From the NCBI GenBank assembly GCA_965222075.1, contig OZ244937.1, positions 3,328,001-3,392,000 of the forward strand: a stretch of DNA of 64,000 bases. Reading direction: 5' to 3'. The notes under the pieces are model-generated. The model was not told the DNA's origin. It did no database searches and was given only the letters and a program-made list of their open reading frames with translations. Below, piece by piece: positions 17,399 to 27,527 of this stretch; position 1 is the stretch's first letter, and every line of letters begins with the position of its first letter. This DNA is from Candidatus Latescibacterota bacterium. Its GTDB lineage: Bacteria > Latescibacterota > UBA2968 > GCA-2709665. The position numbers and the translations under genes were made by a program.

Positions 17399-18580
17399 TT
17401 AATACAATGGCTCCCTGCTCACCGATAAACACATCAAATTATGGTATACCTCCACACCTGATCTCAACTGCTCCAGATCAATCCACTCATCCGCCGTGTG
17501 CCCCTGCGCAATATCTCCCGGACCCAGCACCACTGCCGGGATACCCACCTGGCTAAAACTGCTCGCATCCGTCCCATAGCCCACACCGGTCAACCCGGCC
17601 GGTAGCCCCATCCGCTCCAGCGTTGCTCGGACGAATGCGCCGAACGCTTCGCCTCCACTCGGGTCCAGCGGTGCATCCACCATATCGGGCACCTCCTGGA
17701 AAACCATCAAATCCGCATCGCTCGCCCGCAGTTCTTCCAGCACCTGCTCCACCGCCGGTATGACCTGACCCGCGTCCTCCCCGGGCACCACCCGCCGGTC
17801 CACATGGATCTCGCAGTGCTCCGGAATAATATTAATCTGCACCCCGCCTCGAATCAGATTGATACTGCACCGCGCCTTCCCGGTAAGCGGATGTTCCGTC
17901 GTCAACCTGGAAATATACCGCTCCTCCAGTGCCTCAATCACCTCTGTCATCATCCGAATGGCCGACCGCCCCCGGCCGGGATCCGAAGAATGCGCCGCCA
18001 CCCCCTCCGTCCGAATCCGCCAGCGCACCACCCCATTGTGCGCCGCCACCGCCCGCAGTCGTGTCGGTTCACCCACAATAGCCCCCACCGGCCGCCAGTC
18101 CAAATTCGGCAATTGCGACGCTACAAACGTGCGCACACCCGTCTTACTGACCTCCTCGTCCAGCGTAAACACGATCGCCACATTATTCGGTCCTCCCTCC
18201 CGACGGTATCGCCGCAGCGCCCACAACATCGCCGCGCCCGTACCCTTGGTATCACACGTCCCCCGTCCATACATTCTCCCATCCTCAATCCGCCCCGCAA
18301 ACGGACCCACCGTCATCCCCTCCACGCTCACCGTATCCAGGTGGCTCTCAAACAACAGCCACGGCGCCTGTACATCCACCTCGTGCGTCACCAGCAGATT
18401 AAACCCACCACCGCTCACCGGCAGCCGCCGCGTCTGCATCCCCATCGCCTCAGCCTGCGCCTCCATATACAGCGACAGCGCCCGCTCCGCATCCGGCCTG
18501 CCCGAAATCGCCGAATTCACCGTATCAAATCCCACCATCGCCTGCAGCAGGGACTCACAGGAATCATGCCCCTTCGTCAC
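17399..18580 (-). CDS. M20/M25/M40 metallohydrolase (ArgE/DapE-like deacylase)
   Basis: SHLDTV, GRG.CDTKG, DEE, GEPT, G..AHSS, GPGD...H..DE. Confidence 0.88.
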   Translation of the reverse strand: MTKGHDSCESLLQAMVGFDTVNSAISGRPDAERALSLYMEAQAEAMGMQTRRLPVSGGGFNLLVTHEVDVQAPWLLFESHLDTVSVEGMTVGPFAGRIEDGRMYGRGTCDTKGTGAAMLWALRRYRREGGPNNVAIVFTLDEEVSKTGVRTFVASQLPNLDWRPVGAIVGEPTRLRAVAAHNGVVRWRIRTEGVAAHSSDPGRGRSAIRMMTEVIEALEERYISRLTTEHPLTGKARCSINLIRGGVQINIIPEHCEIHVDRRVVPGEDAGQVIPAVEQVLEELRASDADLMVFQEVPDMVDAPLDPSGGEAFGAFVRATLERMGLPAGLTGVGYGTDASSFSQVGIPAVVLGPGDIAQGHTADEWIDLEQLRSGVEVYHNLMCLSVSREPLY

Positions 18581-18595
18581 CAATCCTCCCCTCAT

Positions 18596-19633
18596 TCATC
18601 GCCAGCGTTCCTCAAAAACCGAAATCGCAGTTCGAGCCGCCAGCATCGACGTCTGCACCCGTTCCTGAAAGCCGCCCCTCATCGTCATTCCCGTCTCAAT
18701 CGTAAACGACGGACCGTACTCGCTTGCTCCAAAATCGGCCAAATTCAACCCCTCTCCCCGCTCCTGAGCAATCAGCCAGAATACGCCGCGTTCTCCTTTC
18801 TCAAAAAACGACCCGGGCAAATAAGCTTCCGGCGCAAGCTCTGCCCCTGAATCGGCAACGGCCCGAATCATCGCATCGGCCATCCGCTTTTCCCACAGCT
18901 CATCATCCTCATTCCGCTGGTGTCGAGCGGAAAACCAGAAGCCGTCCCCCCCGTATTCGTGCAGGTCCAGCGTCAGCCCGGGCTGAATCCTGGCCATCAA
19001 ATTCCGCGTGCAGCGTGGTTCCACCGGCACCCAGGCCGTATCGTGAAACCGGTTGATGTGCAACACCTCACCTTCCGGACTCACAATCAGCGTATACGCT
19101 CTCTGGCAGGGCGCGGTCCCTTCAATGCCCTCGTCGCTCGAAGGATAGAAAATACGTCGTCCGAAAAGCGGTTCCAGAAAATCGGCCCCCGTCTCGAATC
19201 GCCCCAGAAGGCCCGTCGTCGAATACCCGTACTCGCCCATAATCGCAAGAACCGTCTCACCCTCCTCGTAAAGCACCTCGCCCTGCGCCTTCAGAATCGT
19301 CCGAACATCCTCCACCGAACCCAGATCCGGCACCTCACCCAGGCTCAGACCCAGCACGTACGCAAACCCATTCATCCCCATCGGATCGCGGCTGGGAATC
19401 ACATAAACCTGGTGCTCCGTGTCAAGCTCGTCCAGAAGCCTCACCGCTGCCCCTACCCCGGCCTGCTCCGTCGAATGGCTGCCCGCACTGATGAAAATAG
19501 CCGGTGTTTTCTCTCCCCCGGTCCTGAGACACACCACCGGCGCCCCATCCGGCGCGCATCCGAGCACACCGGGCTGGTATCCCTTTTTTTCGACCCACCC
19601 CAGAAGATCCGCATATCGATCAAAAATCTGCAT
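18596..19633 (-). CDS. M14-type zinc carboxypeptidase/deacylase-like protein
   Basis: AGSHSTE (HxxE), DP.G, INRF, LDLHE, FTIE. Confidence 0.7.
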   Translation of the reverse strand: MQIFDRYADLLGWVEKKGYQPGVLGCAPDGAPVVCLRTGGEKTPAIFISAGSHSTEQAGVGAAVRLLDELDTEHQVYVIPSRDPMGMNGFAYVLGLSLGEVPDLGSVEDVRTILKAQGEVLYEEGETVLAIMGEYGYSTTGLLGRFETGADFLEPLFGRRIFYPSSDEGIEGTAPCQRAYTLIVSPEGEVLHINRFHDTAWVPVEPRCTRNLMARIQPGLTLDLHEYGGDGFWFSARHQRNEDDELWEKRMADAMIRAVADSGAELAPEAYLPGSFFEKGERGVFWLIAQERGEGLNLADFGASEYGPSFTIETGMTMRGGFQERVQTSMLAARTAISVFEERWR

Positions 19634-19719
19634 GAAATCCCTCCTCCACGCTTCGTGGCTTCATGGCATTGTACCCTATCCCGTGTATTTTCCCTGTGTT
19701 TCTGAGGCATTCTTGATTT

Positions 19720-22700
19720 TCAAGGCCCAACACCCACCCAGCCGGAATTTAAAATCCTTACCTCATCACAAACAATCGCAGGATAATCCCGCACGGTAAT
19801 TGCACCCTCTGTGGCCGATGCAATCTCAAAACCCGTCCGGGGCGCCTCTCCGGCCAGCAAATAAGACCCGACGACTGCCTGCGGATCCGGCAACGGCTCG
19901 GCAAGATGAAACGTCCTGTCCTCCACCGACTGCACCTTCAACTTGGTACTCGCCTCCGCCAGTGAAATCTGCAAATCGCCACACCGCAACACCGTACCGT
20001 TCAGCAGATAGCCCTGCACGGCCTTGCCCTGATCGTCCACCGACACAAATCCAAACTGCCCCGCCACAGTCACCGGCCCGAACTGCCGCTCCTTTTGATC
20101 CATCGCTGAAATAATATAATCGGTCCGCCCTGTCAATTTCACCTCAACCGCCAGGGCACCGCAGTCCTGGTCATTTTCGAGCAACTGCGCCCCCACCACC
20201 GGTGAGCCTCCGGTTTCGTAGGGCGCCACCACCGCAGCATACCGGCTTGCAAGTTCCACATTGCCATCCCCGGCCCGGTTCTCCGCCAGAATTTGCCTGA
20301 TCAACGGTTTTTCCAACTCTTCAGTTGTTCCAATCCGCCATCCCGGAGCATCAGCGATCACGATCCGCCCCGGTGTATTGAGCAGCATCAAATCCAGATT
20401 CACATCCCGAAATTGCCAGGTAAATGTGGTCGGTCTTCCCGGCGTAATCGCCCGCGGATTCTCAAGCCACGTACCCCAGGCTTCCGCCAACTCCGCTGGC
20501 CGTGGCGCAGGCTCCGACGGCCTCATTCCCACCGGCGACCCGTTGCAGTGGAAGCTGTACTGATGGGTCCGCCCACCCTTGACCCGGAAAAAATCCACAA
20601 AATAGGTCTGTCCCTCCGGCGTCGTCACCATTACACAGGCGCGTCGATATTCCTCGCACTGTGGGTACACATTCACCCCTGAGGCCTGCACCACCTCAAT
20701 ACCGGGCGCCACGCCAAACAGCTCCAGATCGGAGCCGCACTCACGGTTGGCCTGCTCTTCTTCATCCACCACCACCAGATTGTGCGAAAAACTGCTCTTC
20801 ACCCAGCTTTGTCCGCTGCGACCGTCCGGAAGCCGCTGGCCGCTTCCGGAAAAATAACCGCGATCCGAAGCCAGTTCCTCCCCATACGCATAGATGCTCA
20901 AACTCAACACATCCTGCTGCCGGTGCCCGGTATGCAGCGTCCACTGGTGCTCATTACCGTTCAAATAAAGCGCTGTATCCTTCGTCTTCCGGCCGCCGCG
21001 CAATACGCCCACATGCCATCCGGGAAACCACTCCGACTGCAGCGGCAGCGTCGCCGCATCGGCCCGGAGATCGGATGGCCGGTACCACAGCGCATATTCG
21101 CTGCCTTTTTGGGACAATCTCGCCCCCTGTACAATCTCCAGCAAACCCGCATACGCGACACCCAGACGAGCGGCCAGAATCTCAACGGAACGGAGATCCG
21201 CGCCAGTATCGTACCGCGTATCTCCAATCACCGGCATGCGGTTTCCGGGGGCCAGCATCCGGACCAGAGACAGCAGGGAAAGGTGGAAACGGCCGCTTGA
21301 AAACATGTCCAACTGCTCAATCCGTTCCCCCTCCTCCGGTTGATAATCGGGTGGATCGCTATATCCGTTCAGCAAATCGGTCAGTTCATGCACATTCGAA
21401 AGATTGTGAGCCGAATAGGATGGCGACTCGGAGTAGAACCCATCGTGATGGTAGCGGTCTTCCAGCATGCGATGAAAACCGTCCAGCGCACGCCGGACTC
21501 TCTCAGGCTGTTCCAGAAGCATCCCCACCCCGGCGCTCAACACAAAGACCGCCGTGCCCTTATTGCTGAGAGAATTCCAGTGCTCCATATCCGCACACCC
21601 GGCCAGAATCAAATCCTCCAGAATCCGGCGCTCCGTATCCTCATCCAGCAACCGGCGGCCGTCCGGGTACTCCGCATCGCGAATCAGATCATAAGCAACC
21701 GTCAATGAAAACAACGCCCCGGCATCGCTCCCTTTCCCATGAACACTCATCCGGCCTGCGCCCCAGAACCCGTTGTTCATCGTGGAATAACCTTCAAACT
21801 GGTGCAAACCGTACGCATGTCGAATCGCACCCCTGGGAAAACGTCCCCCGCGAGGTCCACCCGCCGCCTCCTCTTTGCCCATATTGGCCGCCACCTCCGC
21901 AGGCGGAAGATCCGCAACACTGCCATCATAAGAATGATAGAGATAGTTCGGAAACACCCGGGCAAACCGATCCAGAATCCATACCACCCGCTCCGCGTAC
22001 CCCATCTCACCTGTCACCGCATAAAGCTTGGCCAGCGTCAACGCCTGTTCCCGGGCCCAGCCCACCTTGCGATCTCGAATATGACCGCTAAAACTCGTCA
22101 TCGTGGGCCGGTCCCCAAGCCATTTCAGCGCATGTTCCGCCCGATTCTCCGGATCGGCCACCTCTTCAGGCGTCTCATAATAGGTAAACCGCCGACCCAT
22201 ACGCGGACACTCCAGCACGCCGGTCTCCGGGTACTGCGCGTTGGGGTAAGCCGTGCCACAGGCGCTGCAGATAATCTCATCCGGATCGTCAATACGCCAA
22301 TCAAAGTGCCCGCCGCCCATCAATGACTGCTTACCCACACAGTGCGGGCAGTTCTGACCATAATGGGTCCCGGGGGTTAACTCCGGAATCAACGTATCGA
22401 AAAACATCCGATCCTGCTGCATAGCAAATCCAACACCCTTCTTCCACCCACTCACAATATCCTCCGCCCACCTGTAGCGTTGCAGATTTTGTCGGGCATT
22501 TTCGATATCCCCAGGTTTGTACATCGTGCGCGGTTGAGCCTGCACGCTCTTACATGCCATCAGCAGAACTGCCGGGAGACACAGCAGAACCGGAAACAGA
22601 ACACTTCTCGACATCCACACGTAAAATGCGGGAAGCAGAATTCCCAGGATTGCCACAACGGCTATCCGGGCCAGTTGTTTCATACATGCGGTGTGCGCCC

Positions 22701-22728
22701 TTTTCATATCGGCCTCCCCTTGACTCAT
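19720..22728 (-). CDS. Heparinase II/III-like polysaccharide lyase with signal peptide
   Basis: N-terminal hydrophobic segment; CPHC..CSAC; DGFYSESPSY, IGD, GHRQQD.L, SHNLVVVD, DFFRVKGG..HQY.FH. Confidence 0.8.
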   Translation of the reverse strand: MSQGEADMKRAHTACMKQLARIAVVAILGILLPAFYVWMSRSVLFPVLLCLPAVLLMACKSVQAQPRTMYKPGDIENARQNLQRYRWAEDIVSGWKKGVGFAMQQDRMFFDTLIPELTPGTHYGQNCPHCVGKQSLMGGGHFDWRIDDPDEIICSACGTAYPNAQYPETGVLECPRMGRRFTYYETPEEVADPENRAEHALKWLGDRPTMTSFSGHIRDRKVGWAREQALTLAKLYAVTGEMGYAERVVWILDRFARVFPNYLYHSYDGSVADLPPAEVAANMGKEEAAGGPRGGRFPRGAIRHAYGLHQFEGYSTMNNGFWGAGRMSVHGKGSDAGALFSLTVAYDLIRDAEYPDGRRLLDEDTERRILEDLILAGCADMEHWNSLSNKGTAVFVLSAGVGMLLEQPERVRRALDGFHRMLEDRYHHDGFYSESPSYSAHNLSNVHELTDLLNGYSDPPDYQPEEGERIEQLDMFSSGRFHLSLLSLVRMLAPGNRMPVIGDTRYDTGADLRSVEILAARLGVAYAGLLEIVQGARLSQKGSEYALWYRPSDLRADAATLPLQSEWFPGWHVGVLRGGRKTKDTALYLNGNEHQWTLHTGHRQQDVLSLSIYAYGEELASDRGYFSGSGQRLPDGRSGQSWVKSSFSHNLVVVDEEEQANRECGSDLELFGVAPGIEVVQASGVNVYPQCEEYRRACVMVTTPEGQTYFVDFFRVKGGRTHQYSFHCNGSPVGMRPSEPAPRPAELAEAWGTWLENPRAITPGRPTTFTWQFRDVNLDLMLLNTPGRIVIADAPGWRIGTTEELEKPLIRQILAENRAGDGNVELASRYAAVVAPYETGGSPVVGAQLLENDQDCGALAVEVKLTGRTDYIISAMDQKERQFGPVTVAGQFGFVSVDDQGKAVQGYLLNGTVLRCGDLQISLAEASTKLKVQSVEDRTFHLAEPLPDPQAVVGSYLLAGEAPRTGFEIASATEGAITVRDYPAIVCDEVRILNSGWVGVGP

Positions 22729-23546
22729 CGACTATAGAGTGAATCTGCCGTCTTGCCTAAAATCCATCCTTTGTCTTCATCCGAAAGAAAATCCATCGCT
22801 TCTTCAATCACACGGAAACCAACCGCCTCTCCACGCTGAGGATCCTCCGGAAATCCCGTACACCCCAGCATCCGCCCGGGCCCGAAAGCCTCGTACACAG
22901 CCTTGACATAGGGATAAACATCCTCATGCGGCCACGGCTGCTCGGAAATCCCGTCAATCCGGGTCGCTTTCACATAGAGATTGGGATATTTCGCCGCCTC
23001 CAGCAAGTGCCGGAAACTGCCGTCCAGCCCCTCGGACAGGACCGGCTCGCCCAGATGATCCACAATCACATTCACCTCGGGGAATCGCTGCAACATCGGC
23101 TCCAGCAACGGAATCTGATGGCAACGCCCGAACCAAGTGAACGGAATACCCAGCCTTCGCGCCGTCTCCCAAAGCGTCTTCTGCTCATCGCGTGACAGCC
23201 ACGAAGCATCCTGATCCTTAATCGGATACAACCGCATCCCCTGCACCCCATGTTCGCTGTGCAACCGCTCCAACGTTTCAGCGGCGCCCGGTTTCACGGG
23301 ATCGATCAAAGCCACCCCGTGCAGACGATCCGGAAATCGCCGCAAACAATCACACATATAACTATTGTCATACCCGTGATACATACACTGGATAAGAACC
23401 GTCCGGTCAATCTTATTGAGCTCCATGTACCCGATGAGACCTTCTACCAGCCCCGGATAATCGGGCCGTCGTGTAGACATGTCATCATTGTGGGTAAACG
23501 GCGGCGAACCCAGTGTCCACACGTGCACATGAGAATCGATTCGCAT
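22725..23546 (-). CDS. Amidohydrolase_2 family protein
   Basis: IDSHVHVW, DNSY, G.R, VDHLG, PNLYVK, FGP.R. Confidence 0.85.
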   Translation of the reverse strand: MRIDSHVHVWTLGSPPFTHNDDMSTRRPDYPGLVEGLIGYMELNKIDRTVLIQCMYHGYDNSYMCDCLRRFPDRLHGVALIDPVKPGAAETLERLHSEHGVQGMRLYPIKDQDASWLSRDEQKTLWETARRLGIPFTWFGRCHQIPLLEPMLQRFPEVNVIVDHLGEPVLSEGLDGSFRHLLEAAKYPNLYVKATRIDGISEQPWPHEDVYPYVKAVYEAFGPGRMLGCTGFPEDPQRGEAVGFRVIEEAMDFLSDEDKGWILGKTADSLYSR

Positions 23547-23805
23547 GGTCTTCTCCCTCTCGGAAACGCGCCCAACACCCGATCCGCTCTTCATCGGTCA
23601 TACCCGTCGCTATTCCTCCGGAGTCAAAATGCATATCGGCCAGCCCGACCCAAAATATAGACAAACATCCCCCAGGCGCAAACACACTTCCAGGCAGTCC
23701 GTGTCGAGACCGAAAATTATCTTCTTTCATAGCGATACCGAAATGTTATCTTGCACCAGAATTCGGAAACCCGCAATGGCGTACAAAAACGAGGGATGCG
23801 ACAGA

Positions 23806-26325
23806 ATGGAAAACCCCGACACGCAGCGATGGATACACCCGGCCGGATTTTTGGATCTGGCAACCCTTGAAGAGCTGAAGCAAAAGATCCGGTCCCTGGA
23901 CTGGGCAAAAAAGGTCGTCGAAGATTTAAACGCGGATGTACAGCCGTGGCTGGCACAACCCCTCGAACGGATTGAGGCGCTGATGCCGAAACGAAAGATG
24001 CAGGTCTACTGGCTGATGATATGCCCGGAGTGCCGGGAAAGACTGACCTTTGATCCGTTCAATGATAAAGAAGCCACCTGCCCCCGGTGCGACAAAGCCC
24101 GCCCCCTCAATCAGCAATCTACGGCGGTACATCTGACCGGCAAATATGCCGGCACCTTATACGAGGGCTGGGGCTGCTCCTACATACAGGCCATGGCAAA
24201 CACGGCGCAACACCTCGCGTTATTGCACGCTCTGGGTGCGGATCGTTCTTACGCCGTACACAGCGCCGGGATCCTGAAGCTTTTTGCAAAACATATTCAA
24301 TCTCTACCTGTTCAAGGCAGCGGCACAGAGCAGGTCATCTGGACCTATAATATGGAAGGCGACTGCGTCATCGTCCTCGCGCTGGCGGAAACCTATGAAC
24401 TCCTGAGATCCATCGAAGGCCTCTTTAGCCCAGGAGAACACCTGCAGATCCGGCAGAACCTGCTCAAACATTGGGCCGACGCGGTCTTCCGTGTAGAAAA
24501 GGACAGCAGCCCGCGCCATAACGGCATGTACTCCTATCTCAGCTCCGTAGCGATCGTAGGCTGCGCCATCGAGAGCACGGACTATGTGGACTGGGCTTTC
24601 GGCCATCGCAATTACGCTTTCGAGCACCGCCCCAACCACCACAGCCTTGGCTGGCTCACCCAGAACAACTATCTGGCCGATGGCGCTTTCTGGGGTCTTT
24701 GCAGCGCCTACCATTTATATGCCCTGGGCCCAAACTGCCGGGTTCTCGTACTCGGCCACAGGCTTTCGCATCAAATGCCGGACCTGTTCCCGCCGGAAAT
24801 CTACGACGAACTGCACCCCCAAAACCCCAGATCCCGTGTGCTGCGCCGAGCCATCAAATGGTTCACGGCCCAGGCGTTCCCGGACCTGACCGTAGCGCCA
24901 ACCGGAGACATGGGCGGACGTGCGAGCCTGGTCACTTATCCGCTCACGGCCGAAATCGGATACCGCTACCTGAACGTGGAAGAAGTGGGTTCATACCGCG
25001 ACCTGCGGGAGGGTGAAAGAGGACTGATCGGACTTCTGTACGGAGCGGACACCATTGAGGAGAAACCCGTACCCTACCGGAGCGCTCACCTCTCCAGCGG
25101 GTACGTCGCTTTGAAACGGGAAGCGAACGGCAACCGCCTGTATGCCGGGCTGAACGCTCTCCTGCCTGGTTCTGGACACGCCCACGCAGATCGACTGAAT
25201 CTAATCACCTTTTCACATGACCGAATGCTAACCGGTGAGAAGAGCACACACTACGAAGACCCGGACCAGCGCATTTACAGCGGCGCATCATACGCCCACA
25301 ATACCGTAACCGTAGATGAAACTTCGCAGGTTCATGGCGACAAACTCCAGGATGAACAGGTCCCGCACATCCACGCATTTGTCGACCTCCCCGCGGGACA
25401 GGTGGCCGAAGCCCACGGAGACCGCATTTATGAGCAGACGGAGACCTACCGCCGCATCGTATGCCAGTTCGACGCGTATCTACTGGATATCTTCCGCGTG
25501 CAGGGTGGAAAAATACACGATTGGCTCTACCATGGCATCGGAGAGGCGCCTCAGATTCGGCTCACAATAAAAAACAGAACCGGATTCGAACCGGCACTTT
25601 ATGTCATGCGGGGCGAACCAGGCTACAAGGAGGGTCTTGCGGAGGACTCATTCGCGGCAACGTGGCGCATTCCAGCCGAGCCTGAATCCCCTGACCCCGG
25701 CAGGCGAAAAGATCTATTTTCCCGGGTTACGCAGTCCGGTTCACCCGGTCAGATCGCTTTCCTCCTGAACACCTATCCCGACCCCGGCAGGCACAGCCTG
25801 ATGGTTCGCCATCGGGAGACAAATGTACCCTTCGTGGCCGTTCACGAAGCCTACGTCAACAAACCCGTAGCCACCGATGTCCGGATCTTGCCGGGCGATG
25901 CCGCTGCCATCGTACAGATCGCGCACGCGGACGGCGGGAAGCGGCTGGCAATCTACGAATCCGGTTCAGGGCCTGAAGGTCTTGGCTTGGTGGGACGCTT
26001 CGCCGCAATTGCTCGCGACCCCGTTGGCCGGCCGCGCAGCATCATACTGGTCCACGCTAAAGAATTCAGTTCCGGCGGAATCCGCATCCGGGCAGACCGG
26101 CATGTCACACTGTCGGCCATCTTCAACGACGAATCCATTCATCTGGTATCCTGTCCACCGGTGGCCTACGAAACGCTGGAGGGTCAACCTGTCTACAACA
26201 CCGGTCACGAGACCAACTTATGTATCGACCTCCCGCCACATGGGTCGCGAAGGGACAAAAACATCCAAATCCGACTACCGGGGCAAACAAAAAATGGACC
26301 CGTTTGCATCAAGGTGTCGCGATGA
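23806..26325 (+). CDS. Heparinase II/III-like polysaccharide lyase
   Basis: CPEC..CPRC; HN, DG..W....YH.Y, GHAHADRL, AHNTVTVD, DIFRV.GG..HDW.YH; start uncertain. Confidence 0.8.
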   Translation: MENPDTQRWIHPAGFLDLATLEELKQKIRSLDWAKKVVEDLNADVQPWLAQPLERIEALMPKRKMQVYWLMICPECRERLTFDPFNDKEATCPRCDKARPLNQQSTAVHLTGKYAGTLYEGWGCSYIQAMANTAQHLALLHALGADRSYAVHSAGILKLFAKHIQSLPVQGSGTEQVIWTYNMEGDCVIVLALAETYELLRSIEGLFSPGEHLQIRQNLLKHWADAVFRVEKDSSPRHNGMYSYLSSVAIVGCAIESTDYVDWAFGHRNYAFEHRPNHHSLGWLTQNNYLADGAFWGLCSAYHLYALGPNCRVLVLGHRLSHQMPDLFPPEIYDELHPQNPRSRVLRRAIKWFTAQAFPDLTVAPTGDMGGRASLVTYPLTAEIGYRYLNVEEVGSYRDLREGERGLIGLLYGADTIEEKPVPYRSAHLSSGYVALKREANGNRLYAGLNALLPGSGHAHADRLNLITFSHDRMLTGEKSTHYEDPDQRIYSGASYAHNTVTVDETSQVHGDKLQDEQVPHIHAFVDLPAGQVAEAHGDRIYEQTETYRRIVCQFDAYLLDIFRVQGGKIHDWLYHGIGEAPQIRLTIKNRTGFEPALYVMRGEPGYKEGLAEDSFAATWRIPAEPESPDPGRRKDLFSRVTQSGSPGQIAFLLNTYPDPGRHSLMVRHRETNVPFVAVHEAYVNKPVATDVRILPGDAAAIVQIAHADGGKRLAIYESGSGPEGLGLVGRFAAIARDPVGRPRSIILVHAKEFSSGGIRIRADRHVTLSAIFNDESIHLVSCPPVAYETLEGQPVYNTGHETNLCIDLPPHGSRRDKNIQIRLPGQTKNGPVCIKVSR

Positions 26326-26386
26326 CTCGGTCCTCGGTGCAGGGGCATCAGGATCGGTGAACCTACCCGGAGGTCCGGAAGTCTGC

Positions 26387-27454
26387 TTATTCCATCGTAC
26401 CAAGCCCCAAGCCTCTCAGATCCGCCACCGTATTATTTTCCTCCGCCTCATACAGTTTCCAGATCACCTTGAGGCCTTCAAGGCTGGACACGGGATCGGT
26501 CAACGGCTTTTGACCGGTCTCAATGCAATCGATAAAATGCGCCATCTCCACTTCCGTGGGTTTGGCGTGTTTTTCCTCCAGCAGCACCACCTCCCGTTGA
26601 CCGGGATCGTGCTCGCCGGGCACATGTTTTTCCACGTCCCCCAGGTAAACCACCCGTCCCCGCGCCAGATGCAGTTCGACCATCCCCTTCTCACAATGCG
26701 CGTGAAAAGAATATCCAAGCCGCGTACCCCGGGCGCCCCAGGTCCCAAAATGATATCCCAGGATACCGTCCTCAAACTCAATGGACACATTGCTCGTACC
26801 CTCTTTCTCCATCCACGGCGTACCTCGGTTTGTGCCCAGGTGCACCCCCTTCACCGGCCTGCCAAGCATCCAAAGCATCAAATCGATATAATGACAACCG
26901 TGGCTGAAAAACTGGCCGCCGCCAAGAGTACCGGCCCTGCAGTGCCAGCTCTCCGGCCCCCGCTGCGTATGCTGCTCCGTCCAGATCGACAACTGGAACA
27001 CCTCTCCGAACATCTTGCTATCCAGCACCTCCTTGAACTTCAGGACCAGAGGGTGAAACCGCATGCAGTAGGCCACCATCAGAACCCGGTCATTCCGCCT
27101 TGCGGCCTCTATCATCTGCAGACATTCCTGCTCGCTATTGGCCATCGGCTTTTCCACCAGCACGTGTTTGCCCGCATCCAAACACCGAACCGTAACCGGA
27201 TGGTGAAGATGATGCGGCAGCACCACAAGCGTCGCATCCACATGCCCCAGAATCTCTTCATAATCCGCAGCAACCACCGGCTCATTGGGAAAATGCTCCG
27301 CCACCGCCCGTGCCCGCTCCAGGTCAATATCCACCACTGCCGCAATCTCCACCCTGTCGAGCACCTCGCTCATCCGGCTGGCATGCGACCTCGCCATCCC
27401 GCCGCATCCGACAATCCCCACCCGTGTTCTTGTTGCCATCTCCCCTGCCTCCAT
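26387..27454 (-). CDS. Gfo/Idh/MocA oxidoreductase
   Basis: GIVGCG, GKHVLVEKPMA, GGG......HYID. Confidence 0.9.
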   Translation of the reverse strand: MEAGEMATRTRVGIVGCGGMARSHASRMSEVLDRVEIAAVVDIDLERARAVAEHFPNEPVVAADYEEILGHVDATLVVLPHHLHHPVTVRCLDAGKHVLVEKPMANSEQECLQMIEAARRNDRVLMVAYCMRFHPLVLKFKEVLDSKMFGEVFQLSIWTEQHTQRGPESWHCRAGTLGGGQFFSHGCHYIDLMLWMLGRPVKGVHLGTNRGTPWMEKEGTSNVSIEFEDGILGYHFGTWGARGTRLGYSFHAHCEKGMVELHLARGRVVYLGDVEKHVPGEHDPGQREVVLLEEKHAKPTEVEMAHFIDCIETGQKPLTDPVSSLEGLKVIWKLYEAEENNTVADLRGLGLGTME

Positions 27455-27527
27455 TTCTTTTTTATCTGATTCCGATTCTTCATCATCCCCTGCACTTATC
27501 CTCCCTCAACAGCTGTCAAACGATACG

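Noticed and set aside
25877-27469. Long 530-aa plus-strand ORF and many similar overlapping ORFs (e.g. 289-1389, 4118-5152, 11543-12664)
   Set aside because: Shadow frames of well-supported genes in GC-rich DNA, with no recognisable motifs
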